Notes: generated from the sequence alone by a model not told the origin. 64,000 nucleotides of DNA from Candidatus Falkowbacteria bacterium UBA1359 (GCA_002306385.1 DBRV01000003.1:861-64860), one strand, 5' to 3'; numbered from the stretch's first letter, positions 16,574 through 27,735 are shown. Numbers and translations: made by a program.

Positions 16574-18439
16574 ATGCGTTTAATTATTGTGGAATCGCCC
16601 ACTAAAGCTAAAACCATTAGCCATTTTTTAACAAAAACTGACACTGTTGAATCATCATTTGGCCATGTACGTGATTTACCTACTAAAAAATTGGGTGTAG
16701 ATATAGAAAACAACTTTGAGCCAGAATATGAGGTGCCGGCTAAGGCTAAAAAGGTAGTAGCTAAATTAAAAACTCTAGCCAAAAAAGCTGATGAAATCAT
16801 TCTAGCTACTGACGAAGACCGAGAAGGTGAAGCAATTGCCTGGCACCTTCAGCAACTATTAAAACTACCGGCTAATCAAAAAAATCGCATTGTATTTCAT
16901 GAAATAACTGAATCAGCTATTAAAAATGCTCTCAAAGCGCCTCGAGAACTTGATTATAATTTAATTAACGCTCAACAAGCCCGAAGAATTCTGGATAGAT
17001 TGGTTGGCTATGAACTGTCTCCTTTTCTCTGGAAAAAGGTAGCAAAAAATTTATCAGCCGGGCGGGTGCAATCAGTGGCCGTAAGATTAATTGTCGAGCG
17101 GGAAAGAGAAATAGAAAAATTCATTAAACAAGAATATTGGACAATCACCGCTCATTTACAAGCTCATGAAGAAAAATTTACTGCTCAATTAGTAAAATGG
17201 CAAGGAAAAACATTGGAGAAATTTGCTCTTGCTGACCAACAAAAAGCCGAAGAAATTAAAGAAAAACTCACCGGAGAAGAATTTGTTATTGATAAAATCA
17301 CTAAAGAAAAAATTCTAAAAATGCCACCCGCTCCCTTTACTACTTCTACTTTACAGCAAGTAGCTAACCGCTGGCTAGGCTTTTCAGCTAGACAAACCAT
17401 GGTTCTAGCTCAACAACTATACGAAGGTATTAATTTGGGTTCTGAAGGACAAGTTGGCCTCATTACTTACATGAGAACCGACGCTCTAGATTTATCCAGT
17501 GAGTTTATCCATCAGGCCCGAAAGGTTATCCAAGATAATTTTGGCTCTCAATTTATAGCTAAGACCCCCCGCAAGTTTATTAATAAAAATAAAAGGGCTC
17601 AGGAAGCTCATGAAGCTATTCGACCGACTAACCCCCAACGGACACCAGAATCAATTAAACAATACTTAGATCCACGTCAATTTAGACTTTATGAGCTTAT
17701 TTGGCAGCGAGCTTTAGCTAGCCAAGCAGCAGAAGCCCAAATTAACCATCTCTCTATAGACATTAAGGCTAACTCGGCTATATTTCTAGCTACTGGTCAG
17801 ACAATTACCTTTCCTGGATATTTAAGTATCTACCCTGAGCAAACACAAGAAAAAAATTTGCCACACCTTACTGACAAAGAGCATCTTAAATTACTAGAGC
17901 TAACAACAGATCAACACTTTACTCAACCACCGGCTCGTTATAGTGACGCTGGGCTGGTGAAACAACTAGAAAAATACGGTATTGGCCGGCCATCTACTTA
18001 TGCTCCAATTATTGCGACCATTGAAAAGCGAGGCTATGTGGCAAGAGATAATTATAAACGACTAGCACCAACAGCTATCGGCAAGATAGTTAACGATTTA
18101 TTAGTAAAACACTTTCCTGAGATTGTTGATTATCAATTTACTGCCAATATAGAAAATAATTTAGATGATATTGCTAGGGGAGAGGTGGCGTGGCCAAAGG
18201 TTATTGCCGATTTTTATTGGCCATTTCATCAACATTTAGAAGAAAAAAACCAAGAATTATCTAAAAAAGATATTATGCCCGAGACACCTACCAATGAAAC
18301 TTGTGATAAATGTGGCGCCAAAATGGTCATAAAAATAGGGCGATATGGACCCTTTCTCGCTTGTAGCGCTTTCCCTAAGTGTCGCAACATTAAAAAGATA
18401 CAAAAAACTACTAAACCCAACTCAACAAATTTTAGCTAA
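16574..18439 (+). CDS. topA: DNA topoisomerase I
   Basis: IVESPTKAKTI, ATDEDREGEAI, SAGRVQS, ITYMRTD, single C4 zinc ribbon. Confidence 0.98.
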   Translation: MRLIIVESPTKAKTISHFLTKTDTVESSFGHVRDLPTKKLGVDIENNFEPEYEVPAKAKKVVAKLKTLAKKADEIILATDEDREGEAIAWHLQQLLKLPANQKNRIVFHEITESAIKNALKAPRELDYNLINAQQARRILDRLVGYELSPFLWKKVAKNLSAGRVQSVAVRLIVEREREIEKFIKQEYWTITAHLQAHEEKFTAQLVKWQGKTLEKFALADQQKAEEIKEKLTGEEFVIDKITKEKILKMPPAPFTTSTLQQVANRWLGFSARQTMVLAQQLYEGINLGSEGQVGLITYMRTDALDLSSEFIHQARKVIQDNFGSQFIAKTPRKFINKNKRAQEAHEAIRPTNPQRTPESIKQYLDPRQFRLYELIWQRALASQAAEAQINHLSIDIKANSAIFLATGQTITFPGYLSIYPEQTQEKNLPHLTDKEHLKLLELTTDQHFTQPPARYSDAGLVKQLEKYGIGRPSTYAPIIATIEKRGYVARDNYKRLAPTAIGKIVNDLLVKHFPEIVDYQFTANIENNLDDIARGEVAWPKVIADFYWPFHQHLEEKNQELSKKDIMPETPTNETCDKCGAKMVIKIGRYGPFLACSAFPKCRNIKKIQKTTKPNSTNFS

Positions 18440-18875
18440 CCTTCGTCTTATTTTTTTTAGATTTCTTAATTTTAGCCTTAGTTTTAACCTTAGTTTCAGA
18501 TTTTGGTTCTACTTCGATTTGATTATTGTCTAAATCATTTTCTTCTTCACTTTTTTTATGTTTTTTAGTTGAAGAATGAAAAACTTTATCTTTTATTCTG
18601 CTAAACATTTTATTTTGGAATAAATCTATTACTTTGCTACCCACCTTTTCTAAAATCGCCCAATAAGACACCATGAAAGACAATTTACCTTTAATAGATT
18701 CGGTTATCTGGCTAATTGTCTCAAGCTGACGATTAAGTTCATCAATGGTTCGATGCAACTCTCGAATAAAATTAGAAGCAACAATAAAGAAATAAACTAT
18801 AGCCGCGCTAACACCAATAATGCCGATTGTTAAAGCTAGATTAACTAAATCATGAGAAGTTGAAAATATTTCCAT
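18432..18875 (-). CDS. Hypothetical protein (N-terminal TM, coiled coil, Lys-rich tail)
   Basis: 147-aa ORF in a co-oriented three-gene run. Confidence 0.7.
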   Translation of the reverse strand: MEIFSTSHDLVNLALTIGIIGVSAAIVYFFIVASNFIRELHRTIDELNRQLETISQITESIKGKLSFMVSYWAILEKVGSKVIDLFQNKMFSRIKDKVFHSSTKKHKKSEEENDLDNNQIEVEPKSETKVKTKAKIKKSKKNKTKVS

Positions 18876-18887
18876 ATATTAACTAAA

Positions 18888-19286
18888 TTAATTAGTAAGA
18901 TAATCATCCAAAGTTTGACCTAACTGCTTCACTTTTGATTTATCTAGAATCATAATACCTGAATCATCTTCTCCTAAACCAAGTTCTTTAGCTGAACAAA
19001 GCATTCCCAAAGACATCTGACCACGTATTTCTCTTGGAGTAATAACTTCGCCTGAGGATAATTTAGCACCTTCTAAGGCAACGGGTACAAATTGGCCAAT
19101 CTCAATATTATTAGCCCCGCAAACTATATTTAATTGCTGACTGCCAACATCTACTGTAACCATAGATAATCGGTCAGCCTCAGGATGTTTTTTTATATCA
19201 GTTATTTGGCCAACTACTACCAAAGGAAAACGGCTAGGTGTTAAAGACGGAGTCTTTTTATGAAAAAGTTTTAATGGATTCCACAT
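18888..19286 (-). CDS. Stand-alone tRNA-binding OB-fold protein (PheT B2/YtpR-like)
   Basis: KHPEADRL, IVCGANN, RGQMSLGMLCSAKELGL. Confidence 0.9.
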   Translation of the reverse strand: MWNPLKLFHKKTPSLTPSRFPLVVVGQITDIKKHPEADRLSMVTVDVGSQQLNIVCGANNIEIGQFVPVALEGAKLSSGEVITPREIRGQMSLGMLCSAKELGLGEDDSGIMILDKSKVKQLGQTLDDYLTN

Positions 19287-19296
19287 AATATAAAAG

Positions 19297-19755
19297 TTAA
19301 TGATTTTCCTTAAAAGTTGAAGAAATTATGTCTTTAGAAGTGGCATGCTTAGAGATTTTCTGGGCCGATAATCGAGTATTTTGAGATTGGCAACTTAACA
19401 TAAAAAACTCTAACATCACTAAACCAGCGACTAAAATAAACAGATTAAACCAGCCAAGTAACTGCCGTGATAAGAGCCACAAGGCAATAACCACTCCAAT
19501 AGCAATTAGCGCTGCCTGCCGAAAAGCGGTAATAACCGCCTGATGAGCTAATTGTTGGCGAATTAGACTAAAGCGAAGAATAAAACCGAATAAAGACATA
19601 GTGCTAAAAATTGCTGCAAACAGGGTTAAATAAAAAAGACCTCGACCTAACCAATTAGTAGTTAATGGGTCTACTTTAAAAAGTATTACAAACCACAACA
19701 GCCAGAAAATAATCATGGCTCCTAAATTAATCAAGAGATAATGTTTTAATTTCAT
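19297..19755 (-). CDS. Hypothetical 4-TM membrane protein
   Basis: Four hydrophobic segments, central FRQA motif. Confidence 0.75.
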   Translation of the reverse strand: MKLKHYLLINLGAMIIFWLLWFVILFKVDPLTTNWLGRGLFYLTLFAAIFSTMSLFGFILRFSLIRQQLAHQAVITAFRQAALIAIGVVIALWLLSRQLLGWFNLFILVAGLVMLEFFMLSCQSQNTRLSAQKISKHATSKDIISSTFKENH

Positions 19756-19876
19756 GACTTTTAAATTAAATCAACTATATTATACTATAATTCACTTACA
19801 ACGGTAAAGATTTTATTGTCTCCAGTGTTAAAAAATGATATACTGCCATTATATTTAATATAAATAAAGGTTATAC

Positions 19877-21049
19877 ATGACTTCTCAAATATCGTGCCAT
19901 TTCCCTAAAGGATTCCTATGGGGCACGGCTACATCAGCCCATCAAACTGAAGGCAATAATCTTAATGACTGGTCCATATGGGAACCCGGCAAAACAGTTG
20001 ATGGCTCGGTCTCTGGCATTGCTTGTGACTCTTATCATCATTTTAGAGAAGACATTGGTTTAGCTAAAAAACTTAATAATAATGCCTACCGTTTCTCTAT
20101 TGAATGGAGCAGAATTGAACCCAGACAAGGACAATTTAACACCAAGGCCTTGCGACACTACCAAGCAGTAATTAATGAATGCCTCAAACAAAAAATAGAA
20201 CCAGTTGTTACTATTCATCACTTTACCCACCCCTTGTGGTTTTCAGCTATTGGGGGCTGGGAAAATCAAGCTGCACCACAAATATTTAATAATTATGTTC
20301 TCTATTTAGCCCAAAATATTACTGGCGTTAAAATCTGGTGTACTATTAATGAACCAATGCTCTATGCCTGGAATGCTTATGGACGAGGCAAGTGGCCACC
20401 ACAGAAAAAAAATTTAGGTACCTGGCAACAAGTTCTTAATAATTTAATTAAAGCCCATTGTCTAGCCTACCAAACATTACATTTAATTAATAAAAAATGC
20501 CTAGTTGGGATTGCTAATAATAGCCAATATTTTAAACCAATAAATAATAACTGGCTAAATAAAGAAATAAATAAAATTGCTAAATATATAATTAATGATT
20601 ATTTCTTCAAAAAAACTGCTGGCTATGAAGACTATATTGGCATTAACTATTATTTCTATAAACTCATTGGCTTAGGACGACGTCCCCCTGATAACTTACT
20701 GCGTAATGACCTAGGATGGCCTATCAACCCGTATGGACTATATGATGTTTTAATCTCAGCCAAAAAATATAATTTACCAATATATATCCTAGAAAATGGG
20801 ATAGCTGACTCTCAAGATAAATATAGGGCAAACTTTATTATTGAACATCTAAAAATGGTCTATCAGGCTATTCAAAATGGTTGTAATATTAAGGGCTATT
20901 TTTATTGGTCTTTACTAGATAATTTTGAATGGGATAAGGGCTTTGTGCCCCGATTTGGACTCTATACCGTTGATTACCCCTCACTTAAACGAAAGCCTCG
21001 ACCTAGTAGTAAAATATACGCTACAATTTGCAAAAATAATGGCCTTTAA
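19877..21049 (+). CDS. Glycoside hydrolase family 1 (beta-glucosidase)
   Basis: FPKGFLWGTATSAHQTEG, RFSIEWSRIEP, TINEP (acid/base), ILENG (nucleophile), WSLLDNFEW. Confidence 0.96.
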   Translation: MTSQISCHFPKGFLWGTATSAHQTEGNNLNDWSIWEPGKTVDGSVSGIACDSYHHFREDIGLAKKLNNNAYRFSIEWSRIEPRQGQFNTKALRHYQAVINECLKQKIEPVVTIHHFTHPLWFSAIGGWENQAAPQIFNNYVLYLAQNITGVKIWCTINEPMLYAWNAYGRGKWPPQKKNLGTWQQVLNNLIKAHCLAYQTLHLINKKCLVGIANNSQYFKPINNNWLNKEINKIAKYIINDYFFKKTAGYEDYIGINYYFYKLIGLGRRPPDNLLRNDLGWPINPYGLYDVLISAKKYNLPIYILENGIADSQDKYRANFIIEHLKMVYQAIQNGCNIKGYFYWSLLDNFEWDKGFVPRFGLYTVDYPSLKRKPRPSSKIYATICKNNGL

Positions 21050-21052
21050 AAT

Positions 21053-22000
21053 ATGTGGCTACTGATTACCATTATAGCCAATCTTTTAAATGGAGTAGTT
21101 TATTTAGTGGATAAATATTTTTTATCACAAAAGGTGCATTCATCGGTATCTTATGCTTTTTATGTTGGCATTTGGAGTATAGGAAATTGTGTCTTTTTTA
21201 TCTTTAATCGACATATACCGACATTCGGCTGGCTATTATTAGACCTTTTAGCTGGTCTAATCTTTATGGCTGCTCTCTACTTTTGGTATAAGGCCCTACA
21301 CCAAGGGGAAACTACTAAGGTTGTTCCGATCGCTGGTTCTTTTATTCCATTTTTTACTTTACTGTTAAATTTTTTAATCGGTCGACATAATCTAACGTCA
21401 CAAGAATTATTAGCCCTCATCATTTTGATTGCCGGCACGGCATTTGTATCTTTTAATCCCCGTGATAACTTATGGCATAAATGGTGGATCAAAATAAAAA
21501 AATTCCTTCAGCCCCATAAGGCTAGCCTGCGCAGTACCGGTCGTCTTTTATTTAATGCACTCCTAGCTTCGTTTATTTTTGCTGTCTACTACGTTATGAT
21601 AAAATACATATATGACTCCCAGGGTTTTAGCAATTCTTTCGTCTGGACTAGACTTGGTAGTTTTTTAGGAGCTTTACTGTTGTTAATTCCCTCCAGAAAC
21701 CGAAAGTTAATCTTTGCCCGGCCACGACGCCAAGCTACTATAAAAAGTTGGCCATTGTTCTTAGGTATTAGATTAACCGCCTTTATTGCTTTTGTTATGA
21801 CTAACCTTGCTATATCACTAGCTGACGTCTCATTGGTTAATAGCCTCCAAGGATTACAATATGTATTTCTACTAATAATTGCCTTCTTCTTGGCCAAACG
21901 CTATCCCAAGTTACTTAAACAAGAGATTAATCGACGCAATATTTGGCATAAATTAGCTGGTATTATTTTAATTAATATAGGACTCTTTCTGCTATTATGA
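21053..22000 (+). CDS. EamA/DMT-family transporter
   Basis: About ten TM segments in two repeats. Confidence 0.7.
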   Translation: MWLLITIIANLLNGVVYLVDKYFLSQKVHSSVSYAFYVGIWSIGNCVFFIFNRHIPTFGWLLLDLLAGLIFMAALYFWYKALHQGETTKVVPIAGSFIPFFTLLLNFLIGRHNLTSQELLALIILIAGTAFVSFNPRDNLWHKWWIKIKKFLQPHKASLRSTGRLLFNALLASFIFAVYYVMIKYIYDSQGFSNSFVWTRLGSFLGALLLLIPSRNRKLIFARPRRQATIKSWPLFLGIRLTAFIAFVMTNLAISLADVSLVNSLQGLQYVFLLIIAFFLAKRYPKLLKQEINRRNIWHKLAGIILINIGLFLLL

Positions 22001-23016
22001 TCAAACGAATAAAAAAACATTGGCGACGCTTTATCATCATTTTAAGCTGTCTAATAATCCTCGGCTTATTATGGATTTGGCTAACTAGACGAACTATTTA
22101 TTCGCCACATGAACTTACATATGGTCTGACTTTTTCTCCACTCGTCTTGAAAGACATGAACCTAGATTGGCAAGAAGCTTACATTAAAATGCTCGATGAA
22201 TTAAAAGTTAAACATCTAAGGTTGGTGGCTTATTGGCCAATGATTGAAGAAAAAGAGGGGACATACGACTTTAGTGAATTAGATTGGCAAATCAAACAAG
22301 CCAGCCAAAGAAATGTGGATATAATTTTAGCGGTCGGAGCTCGTCTACCACGCTGGCCTGAATGTCACTATCCACAGTGGTATACTCAGCAAGACAAGCA
22401 AACTCAACAAAAAAAATTACTTGATTATATTCAAGCAACAATTAATAGATATGATGCCAATCCGGCTATAGTTGCCTGGCAGATAGAAAATGAGCCATTT
22501 TTAATTGGCTTCGGTAAATGTCCCAGGCTAAATGTAAGACTCTTAGACCAAGAAATAGCTCTGGCCCGTCAAAACACAAAAAAACCAATTGTCGTAACCG
22601 ATAGCGGTGAATTAGGTATTTGGATACCAGCCGCTAGACGAGCTGATATTTTTGGTACTTCGATTTATCGACATATTTATAGTCAGCCCCTTAAGCACTA
22701 TATGACCTACCCCTTATCTCCAAATTTCTTTAGGATAAAAACTAAATTAACTGAACTTGTAAGTAATGCCAAAATCATTGTCATTGAAATGCAAGCTGAG
22801 CCATGGGGCCCCCAACCCTACTTTACGTTATCCGAAGAGGAAAAAAACAAAACCATGAATATGGATAAATTAAAGAAAATGCTAGAATATGGCCGGCAAG
22901 GCGGTTTTGATACTTTTTATCTCTGGGGCGTAGAGTGGTGGTATTGGGAAAAAGAAATAAATGGTAACAATGAATATTGGGAATTTATGAAAAATCTTTT
23001 TAGTCAATCTTTATGA
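21997..23016 (+). CDS. Membrane-anchored clan GH-A glycoside hydrolase (GH42/GH5-like)
   Basis: N-terminal TM; YDFSELDW, PRWPECH, WQIENEP, IEMQAEPW, LWGVEWW. Confidence 0.75.
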   Translation: MIKRIKKHWRRFIIILSCLIILGLLWIWLTRRTIYSPHELTYGLTFSPLVLKDMNLDWQEAYIKMLDELKVKHLRLVAYWPMIEEKEGTYDFSELDWQIKQASQRNVDIILAVGARLPRWPECHYPQWYTQQDKQTQQKKLLDYIQATINRYDANPAIVAWQIENEPFLIGFGKCPRLNVRLLDQEIALARQNTKKPIVVTDSGELGIWIPAARRADIFGTSIYRHIYSQPLKHYMTYPLSPNFFRIKTKLTELVSNAKIIVIEMQAEPWGPQPYFTLSEEEKNKTMNMDKLKKMLEYGRQGGFDTFYLWGVEWWYWEKEINGNNEYWEFMKNLFSQSL

Positions 23017-23855
23017 AACAACAACTAAACATAGGGCTGGACATTGGAGGCTCAAAAATTCTAGGCCTCTTATATGACCATAACAACAACAAAGCTTATG
23101 CCGCTCTTCGTCAGCCTATTATCAAAGATAGCTTACCAGCACTAGTCCGACAAATTCACTCAGAAATTGAACGTTTAATTGAAGCTGCTCAAAAAACAGG
23201 AAATATTCCCACTGGTATTGGGATTGGCATCCCCGGAGTAATTAAAAATGGCCGGATAATAAATTGTCCAAACTTAAGTGTATTAAACAATAGAAATTTA
23301 AATAAACTCCTGGCCAAGCAATTCCCTGATAAAAAAATACTATCAGATAATGACGTTAACTGTTTCTTAAGAGCTTATCTAGTTAAACATCCATTACTAA
23401 AAAATACCACCTTTGCTGTAGTTGCCTTGGGCACAGGTATTGGTGGAGCTATCGCTATAAATGGAAATAATATTATCCCTGAACTAGGTATTAGCAGTGA
23501 AATAGGTCATATGATCATTAATTCACAGTCAGGAGCTGATTTAGAGCATTATTACCACAAAATAATGGGTCATCCGGCTGGTCGTCTCTTTACTGCCGCC
23601 CAGGCGGGTGACTTTCTGGCCCAGCAAAAAGTAGAAAAATTTGCTAAAATACTAGGACTTGCCATGGTTAATCTAAATAATCTTATTAATCCTAAAGTAA
23701 TAATTTTAACTGGAGGAGTTAGCCGATACTATAAAACTTATCTACCTCTAGTAAAACAGATAATTAATGAACAAAGCCTAACCCCCAATAGGCCCAAGTG
23801 GATTGTAGGACAAGATCAAAAAGCGGCCGCTATTGGAGCTAGTTTATTATTATAA
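23013..23855 (+). CDS. ROK-family sugar kinase (glucokinase-like)
   Basis: GLDIGGSK, GIGIPG, DNDVN, LGTGIGG, EIGH. Confidence 0.9.
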   Translation: MKQQLNIGLDIGGSKILGLLYDHNNNKAYAALRQPIIKDSLPALVRQIHSEIERLIEAAQKTGNIPTGIGIGIPGVIKNGRIINCPNLSVLNNRNLNKLLAKQFPDKKILSDNDVNCFLRAYLVKHPLLKNTTFAVVALGTGIGGAIAINGNNIIPELGISSEIGHMIINSQSGADLEHYYHKIMGHPAGRLFTAAQAGDFLAQQKVEKFAKILGLAMVNLNNLINPKVIILTGGVSRYYKTYLPLVKQIINEQSLTPNRPKWIVGQDQKAAAIGASLLL

Positions 23856-26747
23856 TCCTCTCACCAATAAAGTAAGACTGGGGCTAGTAATGGTCTCTCC
23901 GGTCCACAATTCTGCCTCTGCTGTTATTACATAAGTACCATTTCCTTCTGCCGGCTTTGGGAAATTAATATCAGCCAATCCATTATCGGCCGGCTGGACG
24001 ACAGTAATAAGTTGGGGTGAAGAGCCTTTAATTTTATAATACACCTTAATCTTATGAGCTAATTTAAAATTAGTAATTTTAAGCTGAAGAGCCACTGGAA
24101 AATCAGCTGCTCGATAAGTAAGACCGTCATCAGGGGATAACCAGGTCATTGTTAAATTACCAACATTACTACCTCCCCCTAAAACAATAGTAAGCTCATG
24201 CTTGGTGCAATTTTTAACATCATCACAAGCCTCTATCGCTAATTTGTGCTGGCCATCAGGTAAAAAATCTAAACTAATTTCCTCATCTAAATGGTCAGCG
24301 TTAATGGTTTTTAATAAAAAGCCATTAATATAAAGATTAAAAGTTTTAACCCCTCGAGGTGCAGTAGCAGTAGCATTAACTAATAAAGTATGGTCAGTAA
24401 TTTGTTGCCCTGCTGATGGACTAATAATCGTTAAATCAGGTTGATTTTCAGGAATATGTAAATTATCACTATCTTTGGGTGGCTCACCTAAATTAAGCTT
24501 CTGCTTCTCGGCCCAACTCTTAACCCCCGCTTCCCAGGGAGCAAATTGAGGATCAGCTTCAGGGTTAGTGGGTGCTGGCCCGCGAGGATTCTCACGATCA
24601 ACATAATAAAGAATACAATGTCCCTGCCAATAACGGTCTTCGCGAATCATATCGGGTGGTGTAGAACTAGTAGCTAATAATCCAGAAACTTTATCCACCT
24701 TGACTACAGTAGTAGTCGGAATTACTCCATCTAAAACAGGCTTGCCGGTATCTTCAATTTCTGGCTTTTTAAATGTTTCTACTGGGGTACCAGTTAAAAT
24801 GCGATTCATGTAATTTTGCCAAATTGGAGCAGCGACTACACTACCGTCAGCACCCTTACTCATTGATTTATTGTCATTATTGCCAACCCAAACCCCGGTA
24901 ATAATTGACGGGGTGTAACCAATAGTCCAAGCATCTTTGTAATCATTAGTAGTGCCAGTTTTAACGGCTGCCGGCCGATCATTAAGAGTTAAATGATTTT
25001 TAGCCCCAAAAATATAAGCACGCTCCTCGTTGTCACTAAGAATATCATTTATCTCTCTAGCAATTTGCGGCTCCAAAACTTTAACATGTTCCGACTCGAT
25101 TTCTTCGAGAATTTTACCATCTTTATCTTCCACTTTTAATATATAGCGTGGCTTAACCATCTCTCCGTCGCGCGCAAAAGCACTATAAGCAGCTACGTGT
25201 TCCGCCAATTTTACTTCGCCGCCTCCCAAAACCAAAGATAAACCAAAACGACTTTTATCGTTTAGAGTAGAATAGCCTAAATTTTTAGCTACAGCTAAAA
25301 CATCATCTAACCCTGCCAGATAAAGAGTTTTGACAGCTGGGATATTAAGCGAACCAGCTAAGGCCTTTTTCATGGTAACTGGACCATATTCCTGACCATT
25401 ATAGTTATGTGGCTCATAAGGATTATCTGGGTCTAAAGAAAAATTAGTTATAACATCAAATAAAACCGTCCGTGGCGTATAACCTTTCATAAAAGCAGTG
25501 GCATAAACTATGGGCTTAAAAGATGATCCTGGCTGTCGGGGTCTTAAGGTTAAATTAACCTGCCCATCAATCTCATCATTAAAATAGTCTCTGGAACCTA
25601 CCATCGCTAGAATATCTCCTGATTTAGCATCCATAGAAAATAGGGCGGCATTACTAGCGCCAAAATTCTTAGCATTTTTTTCAGCCTGAGTAGTTACTGC
25701 CTCTTCAGCAATTTTTTGCTTTTCTATATCAATAGTAGAATAAATCTTTAATCCTCCTTGCTCTAACATTTTTTCACCATATTTATCTGCTAACTGATCT
25801 TTAATTTCCATCACAAAATGAGGAGCAATAATATTGCCGTTTTCTTGTAGGGGCTTAAACTGTAAGGGAAAATCTTTAGCTTCAGCTGCTTCCTCTTTAC
25901 TAATATAACCTTGTTCGGCCATTAAATCTAAAATGTAACGTTGCCGAGCTATTAGAGTCTCTTTATTGGGGCCATAGGGTGAATAACGGGTTGGGGCTTG
26001 AGGTAGAGCCGCTAAAATTGCCGCCTCGGCTAAATTAACCTGGCTAATGCTCTTACCGAAATAACGCTGACTAGCAGCTTCAACGCCATAAGCATTAGAG
26101 CCGTAAGGAATTTCATTTAAATACATCTGTAAAATTTCATCTTTAGAAAATTTCTTTTCAATCCGGTAGGCCAAAATAAGCTCCTTAATCTTGCGGGTAT
26201 ATGTTTTTTCTGAAGTTAATAGGGCATTTTTCACAAACTGCTGAGTTAAAGTAGAACCACCAGCCCGCCGATGGAACAAAACATTAGTGACAGCAGTGCG
26301 GAACATGGCCCATAAACTAAAAGCGCCATGGTTATAAAAATCTTTATCTTCAATGGCAATAGTGGCCTCCTTCACATAATCGGGAATCTGGTCAAGATTA
26401 ACCAATGTTCTTTTTTGATCACCATGAATCTCATAAAGGATAGTTTCTCCCTTACGGTCATAGATCTTAGTACTTTGAGCTATCTCTCTCTCTAGCAATT
26501 TATTAGGTGATGGCAAATCACGTGAGAACCACCAAAAGACACAGCTGCCAACAATTAGAAACAACAAAAATAGAGCTCCTAAAAATTTGATGATTTTAAC
26601 CCAATTAAGTCCCCGGCGTGGTTTTCGCTGGCCAGGCCGTCTATTGGTTCTTATAGCTAAAGCTGAACGATTACCTTTCTGATTAATATATCGCCGAGTA
26701 GAATAAGTTGAAGAGGGCTTGCGTACAACTAATTTTGGTATGGGCAT
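23850..26747 (-). CDS. Class A penicillin-binding protein (PBP1A family) with C-terminal Ig-like domains
   Basis: Transglycosylase EDKDFYNH, GGSTLTQQ, RKIKE; transpeptidase SSFK, SLN, KTGT. Confidence 0.96.
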   Translation of the reverse strand: MPIPKLVVRKPSSTYSTRRYINQKGNRSALAIRTNRRPGQRKPRRGLNWVKIIKFLGALFLLFLIVGSCVFWWFSRDLPSPNKLLEREIAQSTKIYDRKGETILYEIHGDQKRTLVNLDQIPDYVKEATIAIEDKDFYNHGAFSLWAMFRTAVTNVLFHRRAGGSTLTQQFVKNALLTSEKTYTRKIKELILAYRIEKKFSKDEILQMYLNEIPYGSNAYGVEAASQRYFGKSISQVNLAEAAILAALPQAPTRYSPYGPNKETLIARQRYILDLMAEQGYISKEEAAEAKDFPLQFKPLQENGNIIAPHFVMEIKDQLADKYGEKMLEQGGLKIYSTIDIEKQKIAEEAVTTQAEKNAKNFGASNAALFSMDAKSGDILAMVGSRDYFNDEIDGQVNLTLRPRQPGSSFKPIVYATAFMKGYTPRTVLFDVITNFSLDPDNPYEPHNYNGQEYGPVTMKKALAGSLNIPAVKTLYLAGLDDVLAVAKNLGYSTLNDKSRFGLSLVLGGGEVKLAEHVAAYSAFARDGEMVKPRYILKVEDKDGKILEEIESEHVKVLEPQIAREINDILSDNEERAYIFGAKNHLTLNDRPAAVKTGTTNDYKDAWTIGYTPSIITGVWVGNNDNKSMSKGADGSVVAAPIWQNYMNRILTGTPVETFKKPEIEDTGKPVLDGVIPTTTVVKVDKVSGLLATSSTPPDMIREDRYWQGHCILYYVDRENPRGPAPTNPEADPQFAPWEAGVKSWAEKQKLNLGEPPKDSDNLHIPENQPDLTIISPSAGQQITDHTLLVNATATAPRGVKTFNLYINGFLLKTINADHLDEEISLDFLPDGQHKLAIEACDDVKNCTKHELTIVLGGGSNVGNLTMTWLSPDDGLTYRAADFPVALQLKITNFKLAHKIKVYYKIKGSSPQLITVVQPADNGLADINFPKPAEGNGTYVITAEAELWTGETITSPSLTLLVRGL

Positions 26748-26889
26748 AAAAATATTTTATAATGAAATTATAGCAAATAATTGGAGATAATCAAAAATGA
26801 CTATCTAGGGCCGCCTACTCTTGCCGACCAACAAGGGTTATGTTATAATAGCTCCATCTTAATCTAATTTGTGTCTTAATAACATTTTT

Positions 26890-27279
26890 ATGAAACTATC
26901 TAAAAAAATTCTCTTTATTTGTTTACTCCTGCAATGTTTAATTATTAATCCTTTAACTTTACAGCCAGCTAAAGCTCAGGTTGATTTATGGGGCAACAAT
27001 GTGGGCACTAACGCTTTCAACAATATCGGCTTTAAAGAAAAAGATCCCCGGGAAATAGTGGCCAATATTATTAAAATAGCCTTGGGTTTCTTGGGAACTA
27101 TTGCAGTAGTATTGATTCTCTATGCTGGCTTCTTGTGGATGACAGCGGGTGGTAAACCAGATACGGTCAGCAAAGCCCAAAAAATTATGGCGGCAGCCGT
27201 CATTGGCCTAGTTATCATTCTAGCTTCCTATGGATTGACCTTGTTTATAACCAGATCATTAAGTAATGCCGTTGGATAA
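26890..27279 (+). CDS. TrbC/VirB2-type pilin-like protein, copy 1
   Basis: Signal peptide (AKA/Q), two hydrophobic helices around YAGFLWMTAGG; ATG at 26890 preferred. Confidence 0.85.
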   Translation: MKLSKKILFICLLLQCLIINPLTLQPAKAQVDLWGNNVGTNAFNNIGFKEKDPREIVANIIKIALGFLGTIAVVLILYAGFLWMTAGGKPDTVSKAQKIMAAAVIGLVIILASYGLTLFITRSLSNAVG

Positions 27280-27322
27280 AATTTAATAAAAATTAATTCA
27301 TTTATAAGCTAATAACAAAATT

Positions 27323-27712
27323 ATGAAAAAATGGTTAATTGGCCTTATGTCGTTAGTATGGGCCTGCAGCTTTATATCTTTATCCCCTGCGCCAGTTAGA
27401 GCAATTGACGTGTGGGGAACTGGCACCATAGATGCCTATACTAATGATCAAAATGGTGTGGGATTTTCTGAAACCGATCCACGAACAGTAGTAGCTCGAA
27501 TTATAAATATAGCTCTGGGTTTCTTGGGAACTATTGCAGTAGTATTAATTATTGTAGCTGGCTTTCAGTGGATGACAGCGGCTGGTAATGAAGAAAAAAT
27601 TGGTAAAGCCAAAAAATTAATGTCAGCAGCGGTCATTGGTTTGGTTATTGTTCTAATGGCTTTTGCTCTAAGCAGCTTTATTATTAATGCTGTTATTACT
27701 GCCGTTAGCTAA
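27323..27712 (+). CDS. TrbC/VirB2-type pilin-like protein, copy 2
   Basis: Signal peptide (VRA/I), AGFQWMTAAGNEE core. Confidence 0.85.
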   Translation: MKKWLIGLMSLVWACSFISLSPAPVRAIDVWGTGTIDAYTNDQNGVGFSETDPRTVVARIINIALGFLGTIAVVLIIVAGFQWMTAAGNEEKIGKAKKLMSAAVIGLVIVLMAFALSSFIINAVITAVS

Positions 27713-27735
27713 TTTTGCTATATTAGCTACAGCTC

